Assembly (NCBI GenBank): GCA_001643675.2 | Contig: LSRY02000003.1 | Location: forward strand, 124,001 to 188,000 | Source: Monocercomonoides exilis PA203 | Lineage: Eukaryota > Protista > Preaxostyla | DNA length: 64,000 bases | Direction of reading: 5' to 3' | Shown here: positions 1 through 9,895 of the stretch, in pieces | How positions within the stretch are numbered: position 1 is the first letter of the stretch | Layout: every line of letters begins with the position of its first letter | The notes under the pieces: model-generated | What the model was told of the DNA's origin: nothing | The model's input: only the letters and a program-made list of their open reading frames with translations | Database searches by the model: none | Made by a program: the position numbers and the translations under genes

Positions 1-710
1 GCTCATTTAAAAGAACCATTTTTTTTTTTGATTTATAACTGTGTATATTTGTTTCGTCAAAAATATCATTGAAATTTCTCAAATATCAGGATATTTCATA
101 ATATTTTTCATGTGAGAAATTATATCAATACAAGAAAATTGTGTGTTTGAAATTTTATTTATCCTTCGAGTATTTTATATTAAAAATTGTCTTATGTTTG
201 TTTGAAGAAGAAATAAGCATTGCCAACATTCGTAATTTATTTCTGAATTGCGAATGGTTCAGGGTTTCGCGAAAGGTCCCGGTTTTCGCACCAATGATAT
301 TGAAGTTTTCAGTCGGTTTATAACGTGGCAAGTTTGAAAAGAATTTTCCCTAAACGTTTTATAATGAATTCTTATCAATGATATTTCATTTTGAAATTAT
401 TCTTGAAAATGAATGAAATCACAAAAGTCTAAGTTTGTCAATCATCCGTTTCATTTCTTCACTTTATTTTATTAAACTTCTCAAAAAATGAAGTCAAGTC
501 TTTTGGACTTTTTTTGAATCAATAATTGGCAATTCATTTGCTGTTCGAAGTGAACAATTCTTCAATCATCTATAACTTGAACACATTTCTGATTTTCAAT
601 TCAAATTTTATCTCATTTTGAAAAACGAAATGTTTGAATATTATTACTTGTGGGAAATAAATGAGATTTCTAATAATTGAACTTCTATTCAAATAAATGT
701 CAATCCATCT

Positions 711-3700
711 CTTCTCAATAAATTTGTTTCGAATAACATATAACACTTTTCATTGATAAAACATTTTGAAATGATCTTTTTAAGAACAACAAAAATCAAC
801 TAATAATAACATCTAACTTTTCAGATAAGAGGCATTTGTATTTCAGAACCTCAACCAACTATTTCCTTTTCAATCTCCATCATAAATCTGTGAGCCTTGA
901 AAGGGAAAGAAAAGAGGAAACAAACACCTTTCTCAATCTCCTTCCCCTCCAAACTCACAAATCGATGAGCACATATTCAAGGTGATCAGAATTGACTTCA
1001 AACAAAAACATCAGAAATTACAAGAAAATGTTCAAAGAAAAACAGTCACCCAAAACAACGCAATGACAAAAAATCTCAGGACAGCAGCCAATATCACACC
1101 ATCATCAAATTGTGCTTTGACAAACAGTGCAACACAAACTCGTCCATGTGTGAAACGAAAACGAAAACAAAAACAAGAAATTAACCTCCTCAATAATAAA
1201 TGCGAATTAAAAATCAGTCTCAACCAAAATAAAGTTGCTGAGCATTCTTTTATCCTTTCCAAGCCATATGCTGCCAATGCTTCAATTGAAAGCATGCTCA
1301 CAGCTGTATGCCCATGAATTCATTTGAAAAACGTTGTTGTATACAAACAAATATAAATATTACAAAAAAAAAAAAAAAAAAAAAAAGAAGCAATGTGCTG
1401 GAAGGAATCAACAAAAAATAAAGATTTTGAAACTCAAACATCTACGCAAGATATATGCCTGTTCAAAAAAAGACTATTTATCACACGCACTCCAACCTTC
1501 ATTGAAGCACTTTTCAAACAAAATAAGATGTGAAATTCTCAACAAATCAAACACACAAAAAATAAATATATAAACACTCAAAAATCACTAAAATCTGAAT
1601 AAACTTCAAATAAACAAAAAACAAAATACATTGCGAAAGCAAAAGCAATCAATAAAAAGATATCTTTCATTTTCATATTTCTCAAATTCATTCTTTCTTC
1701 ATTTCAGTGTATTTTCATTCCCCACATTTTCTTCACTATCCATCCTCTGTTATTTGCACAATCTGCAAAAAAAACTTTTCAGAAGCTTCACCATTCTCGC
1801 ACCTTTTTCTCTTCGTTTAAATCATTTCCCCTTTCATCTCATTTTTTTCTCAATTGCATTCCCCTTCCTTCCCTTTCTTGCCTTCCTTCTCATCCCCCTC
1901 TTCTCTTCGTGTTTCCACCACCTCCACTGCATCTGACATCGTCATCACCAATGCATCCTTCGGGAAGTGCGAAATCAGCTCCCGCTTCACTTCCACAAGC
2001 GTTATCCTCCTCGAAGCCTCCTGCTCCACACACCCTTTCACAACACTCCAAAGCGAAGACCCCTCTGCACCTGCCATGTTCGGCATCTCAAACATCCCAA
2101 TCTTCTCCCCTGCCACCTCTGCTGGATATTCTCCAAACGGGATCTCCAGTGTCACACACTCCCACAGCATCATCCCAATCGAGAATGACACTGACTCCTT
2201 CGTCGCTCCCATCTTCCTGGTCACCTGCAGCTCTGGCGCCTTCCACCTCAGGCACTCCTTTCTGAAGGCATCCTCATCCTCTTCAAACGCAGATGAGGGC
2301 AGAGAGTCATCATCATCATCATCACTGGCAGATGTGACAATAGTTGACGATGAGATTGAGGATGAATCGGAATCATCATCTTGCAATAAATCAGAATGCA
2401 TCACAATGCAGATCACCATGTGTTCTGAGAATAGAACAATGTGCGGACTCAGATTGGCAAGTGACTGAAGTGGATTTTCCATTTCATCAAACGAATGGAG
2501 TGCCCCGTTCGCCACCCAGAACAGGATCTGAGCAGCTGTTTGCTCCCTTTCCTTCAAGGAGCCAATCGGCATCTCCTTTATCTTGTTGCTTTCATGTAAT
2601 AACATGAACAGCGAATCCCTCAGATCCACAATCAGCTTCTCATGTGGAGACGAACAGGCCATTGCATCCACCAGATTCGACATCGATGAGGTGGTTGGAC
2701 ACAGATCCTCTCCTCGAACAAATGTGGATTCAGTGTCTGAAGTGTCTGTTGTTGAAGTGGATGAAATGGATGGTGATGGAGTTCTCTTTCTTGTCTCTTC
2801 TTCTTTTTCCTCTTCCACCTTCTCCAATGCCCAATCAGGGATCTTGTCTGAATCTCTCCCCAAGATGTATTCAGTGGAGTCACTCTCAGACAGAAGGTGC
2901 TCTGACGACTCCGAGTGCCCCAAACTTTTCGCATATACCCTCTTCTTTATTCTCTCTTCATTCTTCTTTTCTGCCTCTCTTTCTGCTCTTCTCCACTGCT
3001 CCTCAGGTGACATCTCCATCGTAACCATCTCAATCAGCTTCGGATCCTTTTTCACTGTGTCATTCACAATCTCTTCCAATTCTTCTGATCTTCTCTTTTG
3101 CTTTTTCCAGCGAACAATAAAAGCAACTGCAATGATCAGAACAATCAATAGCACAATTAAAATAATTGCAATCACAATCCATAGCAAACTTGCTTGATTT
3201 CCTCCCTCAGATATTCTCTCATCTCCTTTTAATTTGGGATCACTTGCATTCTTCAGAATGAATGAATTTGTTGATGAAGGAGATTCTGCATTTCCAAACA
3301 AAACTGAAACACTCACCTCAATTTCATCTCCACAATTGCTGATCAGATCTTTTGTCACACTTCCCTCAACTTCTCTTTCTGATAAAAACCCATTTGAATC
3401 AAAATCGTGTTTTTCAATCTCTTTCTCTTCTCCTTTCCTCTTCACAACTGAGAATGACAAGTTGCATGGAACAAGAAGCAATCCTTTGAATGTAAGCTTC
3501 ATTCTATCTGCCTCTTCTTTTGCTTCCACACTCTCCAGAACAGGAATGAAGAATGATGAATCTCTCTCTGAAGCAATCCCTTCAAAACTGCACCCTTCAT
3601 TCAACATCCAAAGTGAAGTGTTATCCTTCCATCCATCTCCTCCTTTCAAACTCATCACATTCAATGATCCTGAATTTGAACAAATGATGTTTCTTCTCAG

Positions 3701-6700
3701 TGATGTGTATCCTTCAATGGATGGATTATTGTTTTCAAATAACCCCATTTCTATGATTACGCTTCCTCCACTCATTGTTATTCCACCTTCTGATGAATTT
3801 GTGATTGTTGTGTCTTTCATCACCACAGAACTCTTCACAACATCCACAAGAGATCCATCCCATTTGCACATCTCTTCTTCTTTTGCATTCAAATTCTTTT
3901 CATTTCTTTCCTTTAAACTTCCATCAAAAATGCAACTATCCATTTTCACATCCAAACAATTCTCCACTTTCATCAATTTTCCTTTTGTGGTCTTTGAACT
4001 TACTCCGCCTATTGTGCAATTTGCCAAATGAATTGTCTTTCTCAATGACAAGCAAGATATCAGTGATTCCTCATTTCCTTCAACAGTGATATTTTCTGTT
4101 TTGAAATCTTTAATTGTTAATTGTCCACATTCGTTTATATTTATCAGAGAAGTTTTTATTGTTGAATTACAAATCGTTAATGAATCGATTACTGATGGAA
4201 GTTGAGAAGAAAGATACAATGCAGATTCTTGAAGAATTAGATTTGACATTGAACATTCCATAAGTTGTAATTCTCCCTTTGCCATGTTGAAAATGTGAAA
4301 TGGAACGTTTGCAAATACAACATTTTCTCCTTCCGTCAATTGTTTTGTTGTGAATGAACAATTCATTATCTCAAGAATTCCTCCTTCTGGTGATATCAGT
4401 GAATCATGTGAAGAAATGAAATTCGAATCAAATACAAAGTTCACTCTCAACAATGAAACTGTTCCCGCAGTTGAAATCAAAGAATTCTTTTCACTTGTAA
4501 TCTCTGATTTCACTTCAACTTCACAATTTTCTCTCTTCTTCGAACTCAAACTCATCTCCTCCAGATTTATCTCTTCACAAATCACACTCTCTTCAACAAC
4601 GAATATCAGACTCATGATATCTGAAGTCAGATGCATCAGTCCATAATCAATTGAATAACATGGAAGATCGTTTGTTCCACATTGTCTATAATCCAACCCA
4701 CTCGCACTGCTCACAATAATCGTGTCGCTCTGATGGATCGTTATAAATCCAATCAGATCTGTGTCAACTGTATACTGGCATTTATCAATTCCATATATTG
4801 CATTAATTCGTGAATAACGATTCTCTCGAAGATCAAATTGAAATTGGGTTTCATTGATCTGAAATGTGATGTTGAAACATTCAATGAAAATATCATTCCC
4901 CACTCTTGCCGTATTGGCATTGAACTTCATTTTCGCAAACGAAAAATTCAAATCTCCTTTTTCTTTTGTTGTCAAATACACTCCTCCTCCTTTCCCAATG
5001 GTGCAGCTGCATTGACTAATTGTTGAGTCAATCATCTTCATTGATCCAGACAATCCCAATGCGAAGAATATTGCCCCTCCTTTTTCACTATCTTCTGCTT
5101 TGTCTTCTGTGATGTTGCTCGAATTCACAACCAAACAAATCTTTTTCTCGCTCATTGATTCCAAAATGCTCGCTCCATTGTCACTTCTCTTCACTCCTGA
5201 AAATGATGAATTGTCAATATTGAGACTCATTTCCTCACCCACTTTATTTATCTTTGTTGTTGATTCAGATCCTTTGATCAGAAGACATCCGCCGCTTTCA
5301 TTCAACGATTCCACTCGAACATTCATCAAATGACAATCAACTCCAACATCATGAATGACAAAAATACTGTTTCCAACATTGCATGAATCCATCGACAAAT
5401 CATTCACTTCCACAGTTCCTCCAATCGCATCCACAAACACACATTCAAATCCATTGTTCACTCCTGCTTCTGAATGGAATGAACATCCAGTTATCACCAA
5501 ATCTCCACCTTTGTTTGAAATGATTGTTTTGGCTGAGTTGTCAAATCCAGATGTTAGTTGCAGTTGGATATTTGTCAATTCGAGCTGACCATCGTTTTCC
5601 ATGTAATGGTCCAGTTGACTTCCAATTGACTTTTCAAAATTCAATATCGCTTTCACATTCTCTTCTCCCATCTTTACACTCTTTTTGATCTGATAATTGG
5701 ACACATCATATGAATCTCTAATGAAAGTTGATCCTTCAATCTGAATTGCCTTCATTCCAATCTCTCTTTTCATGTTCATCATCCCTTTCCACATTGTGAA
5801 GCACGGTTCTTCCTCACTTCCACATCTTGCAACATCAAATCCACTTGATGAGATAAATATCTCAGTTGAGCTGTATGGAACCAGAAACATGAATAAATCT
5901 TTGTTTGAATGAAAGTTGTCACTTCCAACAAACAAACAATTATCATTTATCATTGATAAGTAATCAAATTTAAATGACTCATTTGTAATGGAAGTATTAA
6001 AATCTTTTGCCAAAATATACATGTTTTTTCCAATGGCTGCATTGTTGTTCTCAAAAATTACACCAGTATCAAATAGAAATGGCTTTTCCTTTGAACAACT
6101 TTGACAATCAAAATATAGGAATCCTCCTTTTCCTTTGCCTGATGAAAGTGAGCAAAATGATGCATTTGTTGATTTAATGATCAAATCTTCTTCATTTTTT
6201 AATATCACTTTTGAAATACCTCCTTCTTCACCGCTTCCAGTGTTCATAATGTTTGAAAAGTTGCTGTTTTCAAATAAAACAGAAGAAGCTATCACAAATG
6301 AAGACTTGATAAATGAACAATCTGCCAAACTGCATCCTTTCAATGTGCAACTTCCACTGGTTGTGGATATCAACGAGTATTGAATGGCTGTTGATGATTG
6401 GATCTCAAATAAACAGTTTTCAAGTTGAAGATTATTACTCGAAGAGATCAGCGTATTCATATTTGGCTCAAATTGACTTGGAATCTGTAACTTCAAAGAT
6501 AACAAGTCGAGTGAAACTGTTGATGAAATAACAGATGAAGTTAATTCAGAATTCCCTTTGATTGTCCCTTTAAAATGAATAGGTCTGTGTTTGGTTTCAT
6601 CTCCCTCATTCACACATCCATCAATCACAAGTGCATTTGTAAATAAATAAATATCTTCAATTGTCCCTTCATCTTTCACTTTCACTTTCCTTTCTCCTTC

Positions 6701-9700
6701 TGTTCCACTTCTGTCAATGTGGTCAATTCCACTTTTCGTCGATTCACATGGGAATATCTCATCTCCACATCCCAATGTATCATGTCCATCTGTCGATACA
6801 GACACTTCCACCCACTTTAAAGAAACAAGAAACACTCGAAGATCCAATTCCCCATATTTCTCATCTTCCCCAACAAATGCATTCCCATCATCCTCGTAAT
6901 CTGAGTAATCAAATGCAAAACGCTCTGTTTTCACACTGGCCACAAGATTCCCACTCTTCACAAACATGTTCTTCCCAACTGTTGCCCTGCACCCAGAAAA
7001 CGATATCGATGAGAGTTGAAATCCTCCTTCATTTGAACTGCAATCCAGATAAATCCCTCCTCCTTTTCCTCCATCGCTGGCATCTTCATTCACGCAGCAC
7101 CCAGTAAACGTGGTGCTGCTCACCGAAAACGTATTGTCAGAGACGGATGAGGCGAATGAGATGCACCCGCCATTGGTGGCGGTCTGTTGGCTCAACTGTT
7201 CTGAGTTGATGTTGGTGATGGTGCAGTTGGTGAGGGAGAGGGAGAGGGCAGGGGAGGTGGCAGAGGAGAGGACACAGCTGGCTGGAGTGGCTGTGGAGGT
7301 GATATCGGTGATGCTGGAGGAGTTGAGGGTGAGGGGAGCGGTGAGGGAGGTGAGGTGGAAGATGCTTTGGCTGTTGAGGGTGAGGCTGGTGATTGCGGTG
7401 TGGTTGAGGGCGAGGGAGCCAGCAGTGAGGAAGAAGAGGGGAGTTTTTATTGTTATGGAGGTTGTTCCGGTGATGGTGGTTGTGTTGAGGTTGAGGGAAG
7501 GGGAGTCATTGGAGAGGTGGAAGAGGATGGGGGTGATTTGATTTGAGGAGTTGTGAGCGATGGCGAGGGCAGAGACTGTGAGGGAGCCCTGGGTCTGTTG
7601 GAAGAGGGCAGACGAGGCAGATGGATCTGGTGAAGAAGATGTTGATGTTGATGATGTTGATTGTGATGACTGTGAATGTGAGTTTGATGGTTGGGGAATG
7701 CCACTGGAGGCAATGGTGGTGGCATCTGTTCCGTTTCCTGTGATTTTTGTATTTGGGGCACGAAATGTGAGAGTCTTTGTGGGAGCGAAAGTGGAGATGA
7801 GAAGAGAAAGGGAGGCATCGCTGAAGGGAGCAATGCATCTAAGGGAATATTCGATGGTGGCACACGGGCTTTGCTGGGTTTTGCCACAGGCATCAACATC
7901 ACTTCCACCATTTGCAACGATTTTGTTCTGGTTGATGATTGGAAGCCAGCCATTATACACAGCATTATCAGCTGTTCCATTATTCCACACTCTTTTTGTT
8001 TGGGTTGTTGAACCACAATTCTCGAATGGGGATTGGGTGATGCTGCTGCCATTGAAAAACACATCATTTCCTCTGCCATTTTTAGCTATATTTCCATCGA
8101 AGAAACAAAAAGTGATGAATTTTACTCCATTCATCCAGGAATAAGTTGCTGTGCAACATAGCCCAGCGCCACCATAGGTAGTTGATGAACTTGTCAACTC
8201 GTTATTAACAAATAGACAATCATCAACCAAAAATTGGATTGGCTTTTCTTTAGGAGGATTATAAAATGTCAAAGAACCATCCGCATGTCCACCAGAATTA
8301 GCAATGCACTTGCATTTGTTGAACAAGAATTGACCGTTTGATGAAAAATTGCCGATATAAAAATACCAACCAGTTCCAACGCAGCTTGTTATTTTGCAAT
8401 TTTTTACTCTATTGTCAGAGAATGTCCAAACAGAATTTGATTGTGGATAAGCTATGCAAGTTGCTCCTCCATGAAATGCCGAACAGTTTGTAAAATTGGA
8501 TTTTGTGATGTCAATTTTTAACAAATATCCGCAAAACAACGCTCCTGCGTGATTACTGGTAGAACAATTGAAAAACGAACAAGAAGTGATTGTGAGATTT
8601 GCATTTGTGCAGTTGACTTTAAGTGCTCCACCCCAATCGTCTCCGCTGTTTGATTCATTCCATTCACACCATTTGAAGATATAGCTATTCAATTCAGCAA
8701 AGGATAATCTTCTTAATTTCTCTCTTTGAGTTTCGGATCCAATATATTTTGCAAGATCATTTGGTGAAGAGCGTGTTTGGTGGAGAAAAGAGGCATTGAA
8801 GGCAGAGAGAGAAGTGGATGGGCTGTTGAGGTTTGGGAGGATGGCACCATCGATGGGGTTGTTGGTGTGGAGGAAGATGGTTGAGTGGATGGAGAGGGAT
8901 GAGCGAAGGGAGAAGGAGTGGATTAAATTGGTGTTGGTGTTGGTGGAAGTGGAAGAAGAGGAAGAAGTGGTTGAGATGAATGAATTGAGTGAGTGTGAGG
9001 GAAGGGATGGAAGAGATGGATGGGATTGGGGAGATGAGATGTTGGAGAAGAGGGTGTTTGAGAGATGGAGATTGAGGTGGATTTTGAGGTGGTGATAGGA
9101 TTGGTGATGGATATGGAAAGGTGAAGGGGAAGAGAAAGAGGAAATCGAAGGGGAAGGAGAAGAAAAAGAAGATGATGAGGATAAGGATGAGAAAGATGAA
9201 GGAGAAGAGGAAAGGGAAGGAGATGGAGAAGGGGATGGGGAAGAGAGGGAAGAAGGAGAAAAAAGGAAAGGCTGGACGAGGGAGACGAATGAGGAGAACG
9301 AGGAGTGGGAGATGGAGAATGATGCAGGGATTGAGGAGTGTGCATCTGTGAGGAGATTGTTTGGGGTGGAGAAGAGGGGGAAGGAGAAGATGGCTGGTTG
9401 GTGGGTGGTGAGGGAGAAGTTTGTGAGGTCGACGGAGGCATGGCCAGAGAGGAAAAGTGGAGATTTTGTTGCTGGGTTGACTTGGCAAGTGGAGGAACAG
9501 ATGGTGGCAGCTGAATGTTGCTGAGAAGTGAGGAGTGGACAAGTACTGAGAGGGATGATGTTGAGATGGGTCACACACAAGGAGGAGTTGATGATTTTTA
9601 GACTTGTTTGAATGCTGTAAATGTAATTGCCAACTGTATTTTCATTTGTTGCTGCATAATTGCCAAAATAATTGTTGTATTCTCTTTTTCCGTTTTCAAT

Positions 9701-9895
9701 GTTGATCTTGCATTTCTGCATCTCCTCGTTCCATTTTTGTTGAATTTGTCTTTCTGCAATGTCTTTACCATTACAACAGTTAACAACAAGTAACAGCAAT
9801 GTGAAAATATTGTATGCAGCTCTCATGTTGGGGAAGTGCCTCACCACAATTGCAGATGCAGGAAAAATGTGGAAATGAAAAGTTATTGCGCCCAA
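711..9895. repeat. Segmental duplication, copy 1 (receptor gene plus ~1.1 kb 3' flank)
   Basis: The sequence from cttctcaataaatttgtttcgaataacat (711) recurs at 38580. Collinear similarity continues through the whole gene to just upstream of the start (~9895 vs ~47765). Confidence 0.95.
1850..9826 (-). CDS. Giant single-pass receptor-like protein: signal peptide, Pmp/pectin-lyase-like beta-helix ectodomain, TM helix, degenerate tyrosine-kinase-like (pseudokinase) C-lobe
   Basis: Intronless ORF. The ATG at 9826 (MRAAYNIFTLLLLVVNCC) matches the paralog start, whereas the ORF-track start at 9895 is TTG. Repeated GGAL/GGGIY/GGAIF and FxxN motifs; TM helix LLWIVIAIILIVLLIVLIIAVAFIV followed by RWKKQKRR; kinase-like LRWKAPE and SFSIGMMLWECVTLEIPF. 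Confidence 0.88.
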   Translation of the reverse strand: MRAAYNIFTLLLLVVNCCNGKDIAERQIQQKWNEEMQKCKINIENGKREYNNYFGNYAATNENTVGNYIYSIQTSLKIINSSLCVTHLNIIPLSTCPLLTSQQHSAATICSSTCQVNPATKSPLFLSGHASVDLTNFSLTTHQPAIFSFPLFSTPNNLLTDAHSSIPASFSISHSSFSSFVSLVQPFLFSPSSLSSPSPSPSPSLSSSPSSFSSLSSSSSFSSPSPSISSFSSPSPFHIHHQSYHHLKIHLNLHLSNTLFSNISSPQSHPSLPSLPSHSLNSFISTTSSSSSTSTNTNTNLIHSFSLRSSLSIHSTIFLHTNNPIDGAILPNLNSPSTSLSAFNASFLHQTRSSPNDLAKYIGSETQREKLRRLSFAELNSYIFKWCEWNESNSGDDWGGALKVNCTNANLTITSCSFFNCSTSNHAGALFCGYLLKIDITKSNFTNCSAFHGGATCIAYPQSNSVWTFSDNRVKNCKITSCVGTGWYFYIGNFSSNGQFLFNKCKCIANSGGHADGSLTFYNPPKEKPIQFLVDDCLFVNNELTSSSTTYGGAGLCCTATYSWMNGVKFITFCFFDGNIAKNGRGNDVFFNGSSITQSPFENCGSTTQTKRVWNNGTADNAVYNGWLPIINQNKIVANGGSDVDACGKTQQSPCATIEYSLRCIAPFSDASLSLLISTFAPTKTLTFRAPNTKITGNGTDATTIASSGIPQPSNSHSQSSQSTSSTSTSSSPDPSASSALFQQTQGSLTVSALAIAHNSSNQITPILFHLSNDSPSLNLNTTTITGTTSITIKTPLFFLTAGSLALNHTAITSLTLNSQSIFHLTSLTAPLTLNSSSITDITSTATPASCVLSSATSPALSLSLTNCTITNINSEQLSQQTATNGGCISFASSVSDNTFSVSSTTFTGCCVNEDASDGGKGGGIYLDCSSNEGGFQLSSISFSGCRATVGKNMFVKSGNLVASVKTERFAFDYSDYEDDGNAFVGEDEKYGELDLRVFLVSLKWVEVSVSTDGHDTLGCGDEIFPCESTKSGIDHIDRSGTEGERKVKVKDEGTIEDIYLFTNALVIDGCVNEGDETKHRPIHFKGTIKGNSELTSSVISSTVSLDLLSLKLQIPSQFEPNMNTLISSSNNLQLENCLFEIQSSTAIQYSLISTTSGSCTLKGCSLADCSFIKSSFVIASSVLFENSNFSNIMNTGSGEEGGISKVILKNEEDLIIKSTNASFCSLSSGKGKGGFLYFDCQSCSKEKPFLFDTGVIFENNNAAIGKNMYILAKDFNTSITNESFKFDYLSMINDNCLFVGSDNFHSNKDLFMFLVPYSSTEIFISSSGFDVARCGSEEEPCFTMWKGMMNMKREIGMKAIQIEGSTFIRDSYDVSNYQIKKSVKMGEENVKAILNFEKSIGSQLDHYMENDGQLELTNIQLQLTSGFDNSAKTIISNKGGDLVITGCSFHSEAGVNNGFECVFVDAIGGTVEVNDLSMDSCNVGNSIFVIHDVGVDCHLMNVRVESLNESGGCLLIKGSESTTKINKVGEEMSLNIDNSSFSGVKRSDNGASILESMSEKKICLVVNSSNITEDKAEDSEKGGAIFFALGLSGSMKMIDSTISQCSCTIGKGGGVYLTTKEKGDLNFSFAKMKFNANTARVGNDIFIECFNITFQINETQFQFDLRENRYSRINAIYGIDKCQYTVDTDLIGFITIHQSDTIIVSSASGLDYRQCGTNDLPCYSIDYGLMHLTSDIMSLIFVVEESVICEEINLEEMSLSSKKRENCEVEVKSEITSEKNSLISTAGTVSLLRVNFVFDSNFISSHDSLISPEGGILEIMNCSFTTKQLTEGENVVFANVPFHIFNMAKGELQLMECSMSNLILQESALYLSSQLPSVIDSLTICNSTIKTSLININECGQLTIKDFKTENITVEGNEESLISCLSLRKTIHLANCTIGGVSSKTTKGKLMKVENCLDVKMDSCIFDGSLKERNEKNLNAKEEEMCKWDGSLVDVVKSSVVMKDTTITNSSEGGITMSGGSVIIEMGLFENNNPSIEGYTSLRRNIICSNSGSLNVMSLKGGDGWKDNTSLWMLNEGCSFEGIASERDSSFFIPVLESVEAKEEADRMKLTFKGLLLVPCNLSFSVVKRKGEEKEIEKHDFDSNGFLSEREVEGSVTKDLISNCGDEIEVSVSVLFGNAESPSSTNSFILKNASDPKLKGDERISEGGNQASLLWIVIAIILIVLLIVLIIAVAFIVRWKKQKRRSEELEEIVNDTVKKDPKLIEMVTMEMSPEEQWRRAEREAEKKNEERIKKRVYAKSLGHSESSEHLLSESDSTEYILGRDSDKIPDWALEKVEEEKEEETRKRTPSPSISSTSTTDTSDTESTFVRGEDLCPTTSSMSNLVDAMACSSPHEKLIVDLRDSLFMLLHESNKIKEMPIGSLKEREQTAAQILFWVANGALHSFDEMENPLQSLANLSPHIVLFSEHMVICIVMHSDLLQDDDSDSSSISSSTIVTSASDDDDDDSLPSSAFEEDEDAFRKECLRWKAPELQVTRKMGATKESVSFSIGMMLWECVTLEIPFGEYPAEVAGEKIGMFEMPNMAGAEGSSLWSVVKGCVEQEASRRITLVEVKRELISHFPKDALVMTMSDAVEVVETRREEGDEKEGKKGKEGECN

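Noticed and set aside
982-1317. 111-aa ORF (and its counterpart at 38850-39089)
   Set aside because: It has a GTG start, is truncated by a stop in copy 2, crosses a variable microsatellite, and lies in the duplicated 3' flank.
8060-8760. Diversity-generating retroelement explanation for the variable cassette
   Set aside because: Differences include many synonymous and non-adenine changes, and no reverse transcriptase or template repeat is present in the window.
1854-9578. Numerous antisense or alternate-frame ORFs over the large genes (also at 20-29, 39-47 and 50-64 kb)
   Set aside because: These are shadow ORFs expected from GC-rich or low-complexity codon usage, and they carry no motifs.
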